Source: Dickeya dadantii NCPPB 898
GTDB lineage: Bacteria; Pseudomonadota; Gammaproteobacteria; Enterobacterales; Enterobacteriaceae
Reading direction: 5' to 3'
Assembly: GCF_000406145.1 (NCBI RefSeq)
Contig: NZ_CM001976.1
Span: forward strand, 1,396,630-1,428,629
DNA: 32,000 bases
Shown: positions 17,641-25,495 of the stretch, in pieces
How positions within the stretch are numbered: position 1 is the first letter of the stretch
Layout of the letters: every line of letters starts with the position of its first letter
Translations under genes and position numbers: made by a program
The notes under the pieces: model-generated
Databases searched by the model: none
Told to the model about the DNA's origin: nothing
Seen by the model: the letters and a program-made list of their open reading frames with translations, nothing else

Positions 17641-18783
17641 ATGGCAAAACACACAAGACTCGCCGCATGGGGCGGCGTGGCGGCGCTGCTGGCAACCAGC
17701 CTGTGGCCGCTGGCGTCATCGGCCGTGACCGCGGTATACGTGTCGGCGGCGGGGGACGGGGAAATTCGCGCCTATACGCTGAATACCAAAAACGGTCAGT
17801 TGACCGCTACCGGCTCGGTGACCGCCGGTCCGCAGGTAATGCCGATGGCGCTCAGCCCGGACAAGCGGCATCTGTACGCCGCGGTGCGCGGCAAGCCATA
17901 CACGCTGGCTGGTTACGCCATCGACCGGAAGACCGGCGCGCTGAGCCCGGCCGGAACGGCGGCGCTGCCGGACAGCATGGCGTATATTTCCACCGATCGT
18001 ACCGGGCGCTGGCTGCTCAGCGCCTCCTACGGCGGCAACAAGGTGGCGGTCAGCCCGATTGCGGCTGACGGTCGCGTGAGCGCCGAGGCGGTGCAGGTGC
18101 TGCCTACCGGGAAGAATGCGCACAGCATTATTGCCGACCGCCAGAACCGGTTTGTGCTGGTCAGCAATCTGGGTAGCGACCAGCTACAGCAGTTCCGTTT
18201 TGATGCCAAACACGGCCAACTGATTCCCAACTCTCCGGCCGAACTGGTGCTGCCGCCGGGCAACGGGCCGCGCCATTTGGTGCTGTCGCCGGATAACCGG
18301 ACGCTGTACGTCAGTAATGAGCTGTCCGGCAAAGTGGCGCGTCTGTCGCTGAACAAGACCACCGGCCGGCTGACGCTGCGGGATTACACCGATGCCCTCC
18401 CGGCGGACGCGGGAATGCAACCCGGCACGGTCGACCCTAAAGCGCCGGGCATCGATAATCGCCCCAAAATCTGGAGTGCGGATTTGCGGCTGACGCCGAA
18501 CGGTCGTTTCCTGTATGTTTCCGAACGCACCAGCAGTACCCTTAGCCTGCTGCGGGTTACGCCCAAGAGCGGCCAACTGCGTTATGTGACGCGCTATCCC
18601 ACCGAAACCCAGCCGCGCGGTATTCAGGTCGATCCCTGCGGCCGTTACCTGATCGCCAGCGGTGAAAAATCCGATCAGCTGTCGGTGTATCGCATCAATC
18701 AAACCAGCGGCGAACTGACGCTGACCGGCCGATTCCCGACGGGTAAAGGCGCCAACTGGATTGAAATCGTCACGCTGCCGTAA
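17641..18783 (+). CDS. Secreted lactonase-family 7-bladed beta-propeller protein (6-phosphogluconolactonase/YbhE-like fold)
   Basis: 380 aa with a signal peptide (...LATSLWPLASSA). Repeated propeller motifs (...P..L.LSPD.R.LYV.N...) are typical of the Pgl/3-carboxymuconate-cyclase-like lactonase family. Confidence 0.75.
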   Translation: MAKHTRLAAWGGVAALLATSLWPLASSAVTAVYVSAAGDGEIRAYTLNTKNGQLTATGSVTAGPQVMPMALSPDKRHLYAAVRGKPYTLAGYAIDRKTGALSPAGTAALPDSMAYISTDRTGRWLLSASYGGNKVAVSPIAADGRVSAEAVQVLPTGKNAHSIIADRQNRFVLVSNLGSDQLQQFRFDAKHGQLIPNSPAELVLPPGNGPRHLVLSPDNRTLYVSNELSGKVARLSLNKTTGRLTLRDYTDALPADAGMQPGTVDPKAPGIDNRPKIWSADLRLTPNGRFLYVSERTSSTLSLLRVTPKSGQLRYVTRYPTETQPRGIQVDPCGRYLIASGEKSDQLSVYRINQTSGELTLTGRFPTGKGANWIEIVTLP

Positions 18784-18833
18784 GCAAGGCAAGAGTAGCG
18801 CCGATGCGCGGGAAAAATGCGTTGATGCATGAA

Positions 18834-18854
18834 CCCCGCCCTGAACGGGCGGGG
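18834..18854. terminator. GC hairpin between the convergent lactonase and dps genes
   Basis: ccccgccc-tgaac-gggcgggg. No strong T-run on either strand. Confidence 0.45.
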
Positions 18855-18878
18855 CCAGGATGAGGAGTCAGGCCGGGG

Positions 18879-19364
18879 TTATTTCAGGTAGGCGTTGAAC
18901 ATCCAGATCTGTTTTTCCTGTTCTTTGATGTAATCGGTCATCAACGACGCGGTGCCTTCATCGCTGGCGTCTGCCACCAGCGGCAGGATTTCACGCTGCT
19001 GTTGCAGCAGTACGGCGTAGCCGGCCAGCAACCCTTCCAGCGTTTTTTTGCCGTCGGTGGCGTTGACGTCTTCTTTAATGTCCGCCACTTTCAGGTAGTC
19101 GCTGTAGGCATGCAGCGGTTGTCCGCCCAGCGCCAGAATACGTTCCGCCAGTTCGTCGATTTTCAACAGCAGTTCGTTGTAGATTTCCTCAAACTTGGCG
19201 TGAAGTTCGAAAAAGGCCGCACCGGAAATGTTCCAGTGATAACCGCGCACATTCATGTACAGAATCTGGTAGTTGGCCAGCAAGGTGTTCAGTTTGGCGG
19301 CAATCTTTTCAGACTGCTGCACATCCAGGCCAATCGGGCTCTTTTTCTTTTTACTGCCTGACAT
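18879..19364 (-). CDS. dps: Dps-family DNA-protection / mini-ferritin protein
   Basis: 161 aa. A Lys-rich N-terminal tail (MSGSKKKKS) is followed by the ferroxidase-region pattern ...NVRGYHWNISGAAFFELHAKFEEIY...DELAERI. AAGGAG RBS. Confidence 0.85.
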   Translation of the reverse strand: MSGSKKKKSPIGLDVQQSEKIAAKLNTLLANYQILYMNVRGYHWNISGAAFFELHAKFEEIYNELLLKIDELAERILALGGQPLHAYSDYLKVADIKEDVNATDGKKTLEGLLAGYAVLLQQQREILPLVADASDEGTASLMTDYIKEQEKQIWMFNAYLK

Positions 19365-19460
19365 ATAACGCTCTCCTTTCTGTCAATCGCGTATGGGTTC
19401 GCCATGAACATCAGTCCCGGCATGTACTCGCGTGCCGGGCAATGTGACGGCCTTTTGATC

Positions 19461-19603
19461 ATAGACCAGAAACATGAACCAGAAACATGGACCAGAAACA
19501 TGAACCAGAAACATGGACCAGAAACATGAACCAGAAACATGAACCAGAAACATGAACCAGAAACATGAACCAGAAACATGAACCAGAAACATAGACCAGA
19601 AAC
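19461..19603. repeat. Perfect-register 13-bp tandem array, 11 units (atRRaccagaaac)
   Basis: Units: atagaccagaaac, atgaaccagaaac, atggaccagaaac, atgaaccagaaac, atggaccagaaac, atgaaccagaaac x5, atagaccagaaac. That is 143 bp with no spacers, 97 bp upstream of the dps ATG and 138 bp downstream of the pip stop. Confidence 0.97.
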
Positions 19604-19740
19604 CGCTGTCCCAGCTCCACCGGGTGGGCTGGCTCACCCTTTATAAAACGATTCTGTGAATAAACGTTTGCGACGTATCAACTTTTTGAAGCCGTGCCCC
19701 CGACCGCCGATGTGCGGCTATCGGGCGGTGCAAGGCGGCA

Positions 19741-20634
19741 TCAGGGCAGACGGCCCAGAAACTCACCGACCACCGCCATGCAGGTGGCGCGTTCTTCCAC
19801 ATGCGGCATGTGGCTGGAGTGCTTAAATATCACCCATTCACTGTTACGGATACGATCGACGAAAGGTTGCACCACCTCGGGAGCCGCTTCGTCGTGCTCG
19901 CCGGATATCAGCAAGGTCGGCACGTCGATGGCAGGCAGGCGATCGATAATACTCCAGTCTTTCATGGAGCCGATGACGTGGAACTCGGTCGGCCCGTTCA
20001 TGGCGTGGTAGACGCTCGGATCGTCGTCCATGGCCGCGAAGGTGCGCTTCACCTCGTCCGGCCAGGGATCAAGCCGGCAAACATGGCGCTGGTAGAACAC
20101 CTGACTGGCGGCGCGGTAGGCGTCGCTGTCCAGCATGCCGGCCTGTTCGTGAGCCAGCAGCGTGGCCTGTACCTCCGGCGGCAGCGCGGCGCGCAGCCGG
20201 GCGGCGGCGGATAGCCACAGCGCCATGGACGCGGGCGAGTTGGCAATCACCAGCCCCTGTAGCCCGGCCGGTTGCCGCACGGCGTGTTCCGCCGCCAGCA
20301 TGCCGCCCCACGATTGCCCCAGTAAGGCGTAGCGCTGCGCGATGCCAAGATGGCGCAGCAGGTTGTCGAGCTCATCCAGAAACAGCGCGACCTGCCAGAA
20401 TTCGGCCGGCTTGTCGCGCAAATGGGTAGAGCGGCCGTTGCCGATCTGGTCGTAATGGATCACCGCCCGGCCGGTTTGGGCGAGGTCGCGAAACGCGTCC
20501 ACGTAGTCGTGGGTGCAACCAGGGCCGCCGTGCGCCACCACCAGCGGCGTGAGCGGCGAGGCGAGATCGCCGCAGACCCGATACCAGGTCTGGTACTCGC
20601 GAAAAGGGGCATACCCCTCACTGACGTTATACAT
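19741..20634 (-). CDS. pip: Proline iminopeptidase-family alpha/beta hydrolase
   Basis: HGGPG oxyanion motif, nucleophile elbow GQSWGG, and a C-terminal His (...[11 protein letters not shown]). 297 aa from MYNVSEGY.... The upstream ATGs at 20652 and 20721 have poorer RBS context. Confidence 0.8.
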   Translation of the reverse strand: MYNVSEGYAPFREYQTWYRVCGDLASPLTPLVVAHGGPGCTHDYVDAFRDLAQTGRAVIHYDQIGNGRSTHLRDKPAEFWQVALFLDELDNLLRHLGIAQRYALLGQSWGGMLAAEHAVRQPAGLQGLVIANSPASMALWLSAAARLRAALPPEVQATLLAHEQAGMLDSDAYRAASQVFYQRHVCRLDPWPDEVKRTFAAMDDDPSVYHAMNGPTEFHVIGSMKDWSIIDRLPAIDVPTLLISGEHDEAAPEVVQPFVDRIRNSEWVIFKHSSHMPHVEERATCMAVVGEFLGRLP

Positions 20635-20839
20635 AACGCATACCTTTTTCATGATGGACAGGCACACGCTACCGCCGGCGCATGGCGGTGAATAGCTAGC
20701 AAAAATACGAGGTTGTGCCATGACGGAAAAAGGCGTCTGAATAACGAGGATTTATCGGGAGGAAATTATCCGTATTTCTCTGTTAATCGGAAAGACATTG
20801 TTTTCCATCAATGTCTTTTATTATTTACCCATTGAGAGT

Positions 20840-20968
20840 TATATACCCTTCATACTTCAAGTTGCAGGTGTGTTGGCTGCGCTCGTTCACCCGAATCACT
20901 TACCTGAGTAAGCTCATCGGGATTCACTCTCTTGCCGCCTTCCTGCAACTCGAATTATTTTGGGTATA
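20840..20968. repeat. ERIC element (canonical ~129 bp form)
   Basis: tatataccc...cttcaagttgcaggtgtgttggc...cacttacctgagtaagctcatcgggattcac...cctgcaactcgaattattttgggtata. An imperfect palindrome homologous to 10288-10598 and to the ERIC primer regions. Confidence 0.8.
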
Positions 20969-21086
20969 GGTTTATATCCATATATTTTTCCATTCTGATA
21001 GATTGTATTATCCATACTGGTTTATTTATCCTGACGTTATCGGTTTTATATTTATTGTAATGATATTAATGGGATTTTAGAAAATC

Positions 21087-21422
21087 ATGCCAAATCCTTT
21101 TACGGCGTCATGGAGCCGCAACGGTAATCTTTTGTGTCACGGTCACTGGATTATTCATTATCTGGACCACGCGTTTGAATTGCCGGAAAAATACCGTGAA
21201 CAGCATTTGGGAACGCTGGGTATTTATTCGGTGATTGATCCGGACGACGAGCTCTATCGGGAAGGGCTGGATGAAGATGACTGGATTCTGGAAAACGTCG
21301 ACTGGCTGGCGGACTGTTTCGAATTGCACCAGGTGCCGATTGAAGAGGGGTATTTCCGCTTTTTCTATCAGGCCGTCAATCCGCACGACTGGCGCTGTAC
21401 CAGCTGCGCCGGGTGTATGTGA
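21087..21422 (+). CDS. Hypothetical acidic 111-aa protein with C-terminal CxxCxxC
   Basis: ORF following an AT-rich region, convergent with the LuxR gene (20-nt gap). Ends ...HDWRCTSCAGCM. No family recognised. Confidence 0.5.
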   Translation: MPNPFTASWSRNGNLLCHGHWIIHYLDHAFELPEKYREQHLGTLGIYSVIDPDDELYREGLDEDDWILENVDWLADCFELHQVPIEEGYFRFFYQAVNPHDWRCTSCAGCM

Positions 21423-21441
21423 CGGTACTGAGAAGGCTGTG

Positions 21442-22206
21442 CTACAGCAGGCGGTAATGCATCGCCCGCACCACCGCCTGCACGCGATTGCTGGCGCCGA
21501 GCTTACGGGCGGCGTTGTTGAGATGCAGGTTGACGGTCGCCAGCGAGCGATGTAGTTTCCGGGCGATCTCCTTGGCGGTCAGCCCTTCCGCCGACCAGGC
21601 CAGACACTCCTGCTCGCGCGGGCTGAGATGCACATGGCGGCAGTGATACCAGGCTTCGTCGAACAACGGGAACACGTGCTCCTGGAAGGTGTGCGCCAGT
21701 AGCCCAATACGCGCCAGCACCGTCTCAATCTCGTTGTCGGTATCAAGCCCGGTGTGGATGGCGGTGACGGTGACGAAGCCGCCTTTGGGCAGGTGCAGCG
21801 GCACCGTGACGCCGCACCGCATATTATGATTCTGCATATAGTGAGATACCGGGCGGTGCTGTTCGTTCAGCACCCGGCGCAGCGAGGTGTTCTCCGGCCG
21901 ACAGTAGGACCAGGTGAACGGCGCGCAGCTGTCGAGGGCGTGGATCTGTACCGGGTCGACCTGGTAGTAACCGCTCTGACACCATAGCGATACCATGTCA
22001 TCCGGCACATTGCGGGTGCGCAGCAGCGAAGGGGTGATCAACTCGCCTTCCAGCGAGCGCGGGACCGGCGTGTAGTCGTAAATCAGCGCGTCAAATCCCA
22101 GTCGCCGCACCTCGTCGTACAACTGTTCGAACGCGGGTTCAAACGCCGCCGCGCCGCGATGGTCGCTGTCATGGGCGGCAAGCCGGGCGGCGGGTTCTCC
22201 GCGCAT
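21442..22206 (-). CDS. LuxR-family solo regulator of the plant-associated-bacteria (PAB) subclass: autoinducer-binding-like domain plus LuxR HTH
   Basis: C-terminal HTH: LSPREQECLAWSAEGLTAKEIARKLHRSLATVNLHLNNAARKLGASNRVQAV. In the ligand domain, ...DDMVSLWCQSGYYQVDPVQIHALDSCAPFTW gives M57, W61, D70, P71 and W85 in TraR numbering. ATG 22206 (AGGAA 9 nt upstream) gives a typical 254 aa. The frame stays open to GTG 22440 through the repeat array (332 aa), so the start is uncertain. Confidence 0.8.
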   Translation of the reverse strand: MRGEPAARLAAHDSDHRGAAAFEPAFEQLYDEVRRLGFDALIYDYTPVPRSLEGELITPSLLRTRNVPDDMVSLWCQSGYYQVDPVQIHALDSCAPFTWSYCRPENTSLRRVLNEQHRPVSHYMQNHNMRCGVTVPLHLPKGGFVTVTAIHTGLDTDNEIETVLARIGLLAHTFQEHVFPLFDEAWYHCRHVHLSPREQECLAWSAEGLTAKEIARKLHRSLATVNLHLNNAARKLGASNRVQAVVRAMHYRLL

Positions 22207-22419
22207 GGCCGCGTTCCTGCTTGCAGAGGTTTTTCCGCTCACGGCTATTCTCCCACCTACGGCTATTTTTTCGCGCATGGCTGTATTTTCGCGCATGGCT
22301 GCATTGCCATGGCTGCATTCCCGCTCATGGCTGCATTCCCGCTCATGGCTGCATTCCCGCTCATGGCTGTATTCCCGCTCACGGCTGTTTTCTCGCTCAC
22401 GGCTGTCCTCCCGGTCACG
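22204..22419 (-). repeat. About 12 degenerate 18-bp tandem units in frame with and upstream of the LuxR core
   Basis: On the - strand: RDREDS-RERENS-REREYS-HERECS x3-HGNAAM (15 bp)-RENTAM-REKIAV-GGRIAV-SGKTSA-SRNAAM. The core unit gagcgggaatgcagccat is repeated exactly 3 times (22322-22375). All six frames are open across it. Confidence 0.9.
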
Positions 22420-22707
22420 GTGCTGATAACGACAAACCACGACGTTTATTGCCTGAATTAATGCAATTTGGGTGCCAGTTGGCCGCGTGCAAAAACTAGC
22501 ATTTTTACTAACTACCCAGCGCGGTGAGTGACCGCTAGCGTAAATGTCAGCGCCGGATTAAGGCGGTGTTAATTGAGGTTTTTATGCGCCAGTGTCACGA
22601 CTATCGCGCTGTTGTTTCCCGTCGGCGTTATCGCGCTGCCCCGGTTTCGGTAACGCCGGCGCCGGGCAGACTGCACTGTTTATGTGCAGCGCCGTGGAGG
22701 AAATAAC

Positions 22708-23646
22708 ATGCACCGTTACCGTTTTTTATTGCTGCGTCCATTGCAGATGCTGCCGGTGCTGTTCGGCATCAGTCTGATCACTTTTCTACTGGTGCGGGCC
22801 ATTCCCGGCGATCCGGCGCGTCTTCTGCTGGGCATTCGCAGCACGCCGGACGCCATCGCCCGCATTCGCGCCCAGTACGGCCTGGATGAGCCTGTCTGGC
22901 TGCAATATTTCTACTTTCTGCGCAATCTGCTGCGCGGCGAAATGGGGCGCTCTATCGTCTACAAGATCGACACCCTGCCGCTGGTGGCGTCCCGGTTGGA
23001 GCCGACGCTGCTGCTGGTACTGGGCAGTGTGCTGATGGCCCTGCTGCTGGCCGTGGTACTGGCGACGCTGGCAGTCCGTCATCACGGCGGGCTGACGGAT
23101 CAAATTATTCGGCTGGTGTCCACCGTCGGGCTGGGGTTTCCCGCGTTCTGGCTGGGGATCATGCTGATTCTGCTGTTCAGCCTGCGGCTGGGCTGGTTTC
23201 CGGTGTCGGGGTATGGCAGCAACTGGGTCGAGCGGCTGCACCACCTGTTCCTGCCGTGCCTGACGGTAGCGCTGGCGCTATCGGCGGTGCTGACCCGCAA
23301 CTTGCGCGTCAGCCTGCTGGCGGAGCTAAAAAGCGATTACGTGGTGGCGGCTCGCGCGCGCGGTCAGCCGGAACGGCGGATTTTCTGGCGACACGTGGTG
23401 CCGAATTCGCTGGTGCCGACGCTCAACCTGCTGGCGGTGAATATCGGCTGGCTGATTGGCGGCACGGTGGTGATCGAAAGCGTGTTTGCATTGCCCGGTA
23501 TGGGGCAACTGTTGGTTCGGGCGATTTTCAGCCGTGATTACATGGTGGTGCAGGGGGTCGTGATGCTGTTTGCCATTGCCACCGTGGCGGTCAATCTGCT
23601 GGCCGACCTGCTGACGGTGGCGCTTGACCCGAGGATTCGCTTATGA
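22708..23646 (+). CDS. Peptide/nickel-type ABC transporter permease (DppB/OppB family)
   Basis: GGAGG RBS before ATG 22708. The N-terminus MHRYRFLLLRPLQMLPVLFGISLITFLLVRAIPGDP is typical of DppB-like permeases. 312 aa. Confidence 0.85.
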   Translation: MHRYRFLLLRPLQMLPVLFGISLITFLLVRAIPGDPARLLLGIRSTPDAIARIRAQYGLDEPVWLQYFYFLRNLLRGEMGRSIVYKIDTLPLVASRLEPTLLLVLGSVLMALLLAVVLATLAVRHHGGLTDQIIRLVSTVGLGFPAFWLGIMLILLFSLRLGWFPVSGYGSNWVERLHHLFLPCLTVALALSAVLTRNLRVSLLAELKSDYVVAARARGQPERRIFWRHVVPNSLVPTLNLLAVNIGWLIGGTVVIESVFALPGMGQLLVRAIFSRDYMVVQGVVMLFAIATVAVNLLADLLTVALDPRIRL

Positions 23647-24497
23647 GCCGGGCTGTGTTCGCCGTCTTCACGCGTCTCACCCCGGCGCGCTGGCGCCCTC
23701 GCCAGCCTGCGCTGTTGGCAGGCATCGCGATTCTGCTGTGCTGGGGGCTGACGGCGCTGCTGGCGCCGTGGGTCGCGCCGTTCGACCCGATAGCGCAAGA
23801 CCCGTCGGTCAGCCTGCAACCGCCGGGCGGCGCCCATCTGTTCGGCACGGATAACTACGGCCGCGACATCCTCTCCCGCGTGATATGGGCCAGCCGCATC
23901 GACCTGCAAATCAGCCTGTTGGGGGTGGTGTTCCCCTTTTGCATCGGCACGCTGTTGGGGGCGCTGTCGGGTTACCTCGGCGGCCTGACCGACACCCTGG
24001 TGATGCGGGTGATCGACGTGGTGCTGGCGTTCCCGTTTCTGGTGTTGATGCTGGCCATCATCGCGGTGCTGGGGCCGGGGCTGCTCAGTTTCTATATCGC
24101 GATGACGATGGTGGGTTGGGTGTCCTACGCCCGGCTGGTGCGCGCGCAGGTGCTGACGCTCAGGCAACGCGACTACATTCTGGCGGCCCGTAGCCTGGGC
24201 TACAGCCACTGGCGGGTGCTGTTCGTCCACCTGTTGCCGAATGCGCTGACCAGTTCGCTGGTGTTTGCGATGTCCGACTGCGTGCTGGTGCTGCTCAGCG
24301 GTGCAGCCATCAGTTATCTCGGGCTGGGGGTACAGCCGCCGCTGGCGGAGTGGGGCGTGATGGTGGCGGAAGGGCAGAGTTTTATTACCACGGCATGGTG
24401 GATGACCACCTTTCCCGGACTGGCGATCGTACTGCTGGCGATGGGCTTTAGCCTGCTGGCGGATGGGCTGGGCGAACGACTGGGAGCGCGACCATGA
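23643..24497 (+). CDS. Peptide/nickel-type ABC transporter permease (DppC/OppC family)
   Basis: ATGA overlap with the previous gene. 284-aa polytopic protein with a ...HLFGTDNYGRDILSRV... motif typical of DppC. Confidence 0.85.
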   Translation: MSRAVFAVFTRLTPARWRPRQPALLAGIAILLCWGLTALLAPWVAPFDPIAQDPSVSLQPPGGAHLFGTDNYGRDILSRVIWASRIDLQISLLGVVFPFCIGTLLGALSGYLGGLTDTLVMRVIDVVLAFPFLVLMLAIIAVLGPGLLSFYIAMTMVGWVSYARLVRAQVLTLRQRDYILAARSLGYSHWRVLFVHLLPNALTSSLVFAMSDCVLVLLSGAAISYLGLGVQPPLAEWGVMVAEGQSFITTAWWMTTFPGLAIVLLAMGFSLLADGLGERLGARP

Positions 24498-25495
24498 CAC
24501 GACTGAATGTAAACGGACTGCTGAAGGTAAACGACTTGACGCTGGAGAACCGCCAGGGTGTCCGGCTGGTGGATGGGGTTTCCTTTTCTTTGCAGAAAGG
24601 CGAAATGCTGGGGCTGGTGGGGGAATCCGGCTCCGGCAAGACCCTGACCTGTCGGGCGCTGATGCGGTTGTTGCCGGGGGCAGGGCTGCGCATCGTCGCT
24701 GGCGAGGTGTGGCTCAACGGCCAGGATGTGATGCAATTGAACGACGCGCAGATGACCAACGTACGTGGACGGCAATTGGGGATGATTTTTCAGAACCCCG
24801 CCAGTCACCTCAATCCGGTGATGACCATTGGCGAGCAGATCGCCGAAAGCCGCCGCCTGCATTTCGGCCGTAGCCATCGCGCGGCACGTGATGAAGCGGT
24901 TGCGCTGTTGCAGCAGGTCGGCATCCCCGACCCGGCACGACGGGCCGGCAATTACCCGCACGAGTTTTCCGGCGGTATGCGCCAGCGGGCGATGATCGCC
25001 GTGGCGCTGGCGTGCGAGCCGCAGATTCTGATCGCCGACGAACCGACCACCGCGCTGGACGTTACGGTGCAGATGCAAATCCTGCGGCTGCTGGCGCAGC
25101 TGCGTGAGCAACTGGGCATCGCCATCATCATGATCACCCACGACTTGGGGGTAGTGGCGCAGACCTGCGACCGCATGGCGGTCATGTACGGCGGCCGCCT
25201 GTGCGAACTGGGTGATAAACGGGCGCTGTTGTCTTCGCCGCGCCATCCTTATACCCGCGCGCTGATTGCGTGCCAGCCGATGCAGGCCGGCGGCAGCGGA
25301 CCGTTGCGCACGTTGCCCGGCCAGCCGCCGCTGCCGGAGCAGTTCGGCGACGGGTGCCGGTTTGAGCCGCGCTGTGCGCGGGCGGGAGACAGCTGCCAGC
25401 GTCAGGCGCCGCCGCTAACCGGGTCGCCTGACGATGCGGCGCGACAACTGGCGTGCCATTACCCGCTGACTGAGCACGAAGGAGACGCCGGATGA
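24494..25495 (+). CDS. ABC transporter ATP-binding protein (DppD/OppD-like)
   Basis: Walker A GESGSGKT, signature FSGGMRQR, Walker [12 protein letters not shown], and a C-terminal oligopeptide-type extension with Cys residues. Confidence 0.9.
   Translation: MTRLNVNGLLKVNDLTLENRQGVRLVDGVSFSLQKGEMLGLVGESGSGKTLTCRALMRLLPGAGLRIVAGEVWLNGQDVMQLNDAQMTNVRGRQLGMIFQNPASHLNPVMTIGEQIAESRRLHFGRSHRAARDEAVALLQQVGIPDPARRAGNYPHEFSGGMRQRAMIAVALACEPQILIADEPTTALDVTVQMQILRLLAQLREQLGIAIIMITHDLGVVAQTCDRMAVMYGGRLCELGDKRALLSSPRHPYTRALIACQPMQAGGSGPLRTLPGQPPLPEQFGDGCRFEPRCARAGDSCQRQAPPLTGSPDDAARQLACHYPLTEHEGDAG

Noticed and set aside
17496-18068. 190-aa ORF overlapping the start of the lactonase gene
   Set aside because: It is an alternative frame of the lactonase region with a Gly/Arg-rich translation. 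The 17641 frame has an RBS, a signal peptide and propeller repeats.
19461-19603. CRISPR array
   Set aside because: The units are 13 bp and directly abutting, with no spacers. There are no cas genes and no repeat-spacer periodicity.
19289-19637. ORFs 19289-19579 (-) and 19383-19637 (-), translated as FLVHVSGSCFW... repeats
   Set aside because: They are read-through of the 13-bp array. The 39-bp super-period keeps frames open, the peptides are purely periodic, and there is no RBS.
21040-21060. Fur-box-like sequence gtaatgatattaat upstream of orf111
   Set aside because: Only about 11/19 match to the consensus, in generally AT-rich DNA. This is insufficient to call.
271-22440. Longer N-terminal extensions offered by the ORF track for yjbF (271), the DGC (4793), virK (9644), bhsA-like (10306), hmuS (11025), hmuT (12068), pip (20721), the permease (22684) and amn (31094)
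   Set aside because: Internal ATGs have proper Shine-Dalgarno spacing, give family-typical lengths or signal peptides, or the extensions run through terminators or ERIC sequence. The LuxR case (22440 vs 22206) is left open.
22159-22499. Three + strand ORFs (100, 73 and 92 aa) across the LuxR repeat array
   Set aside because: They are open only because the 18-bp repeat lacks stops in all frames. They are antisense to the LuxR frame and have no start or RBS context.
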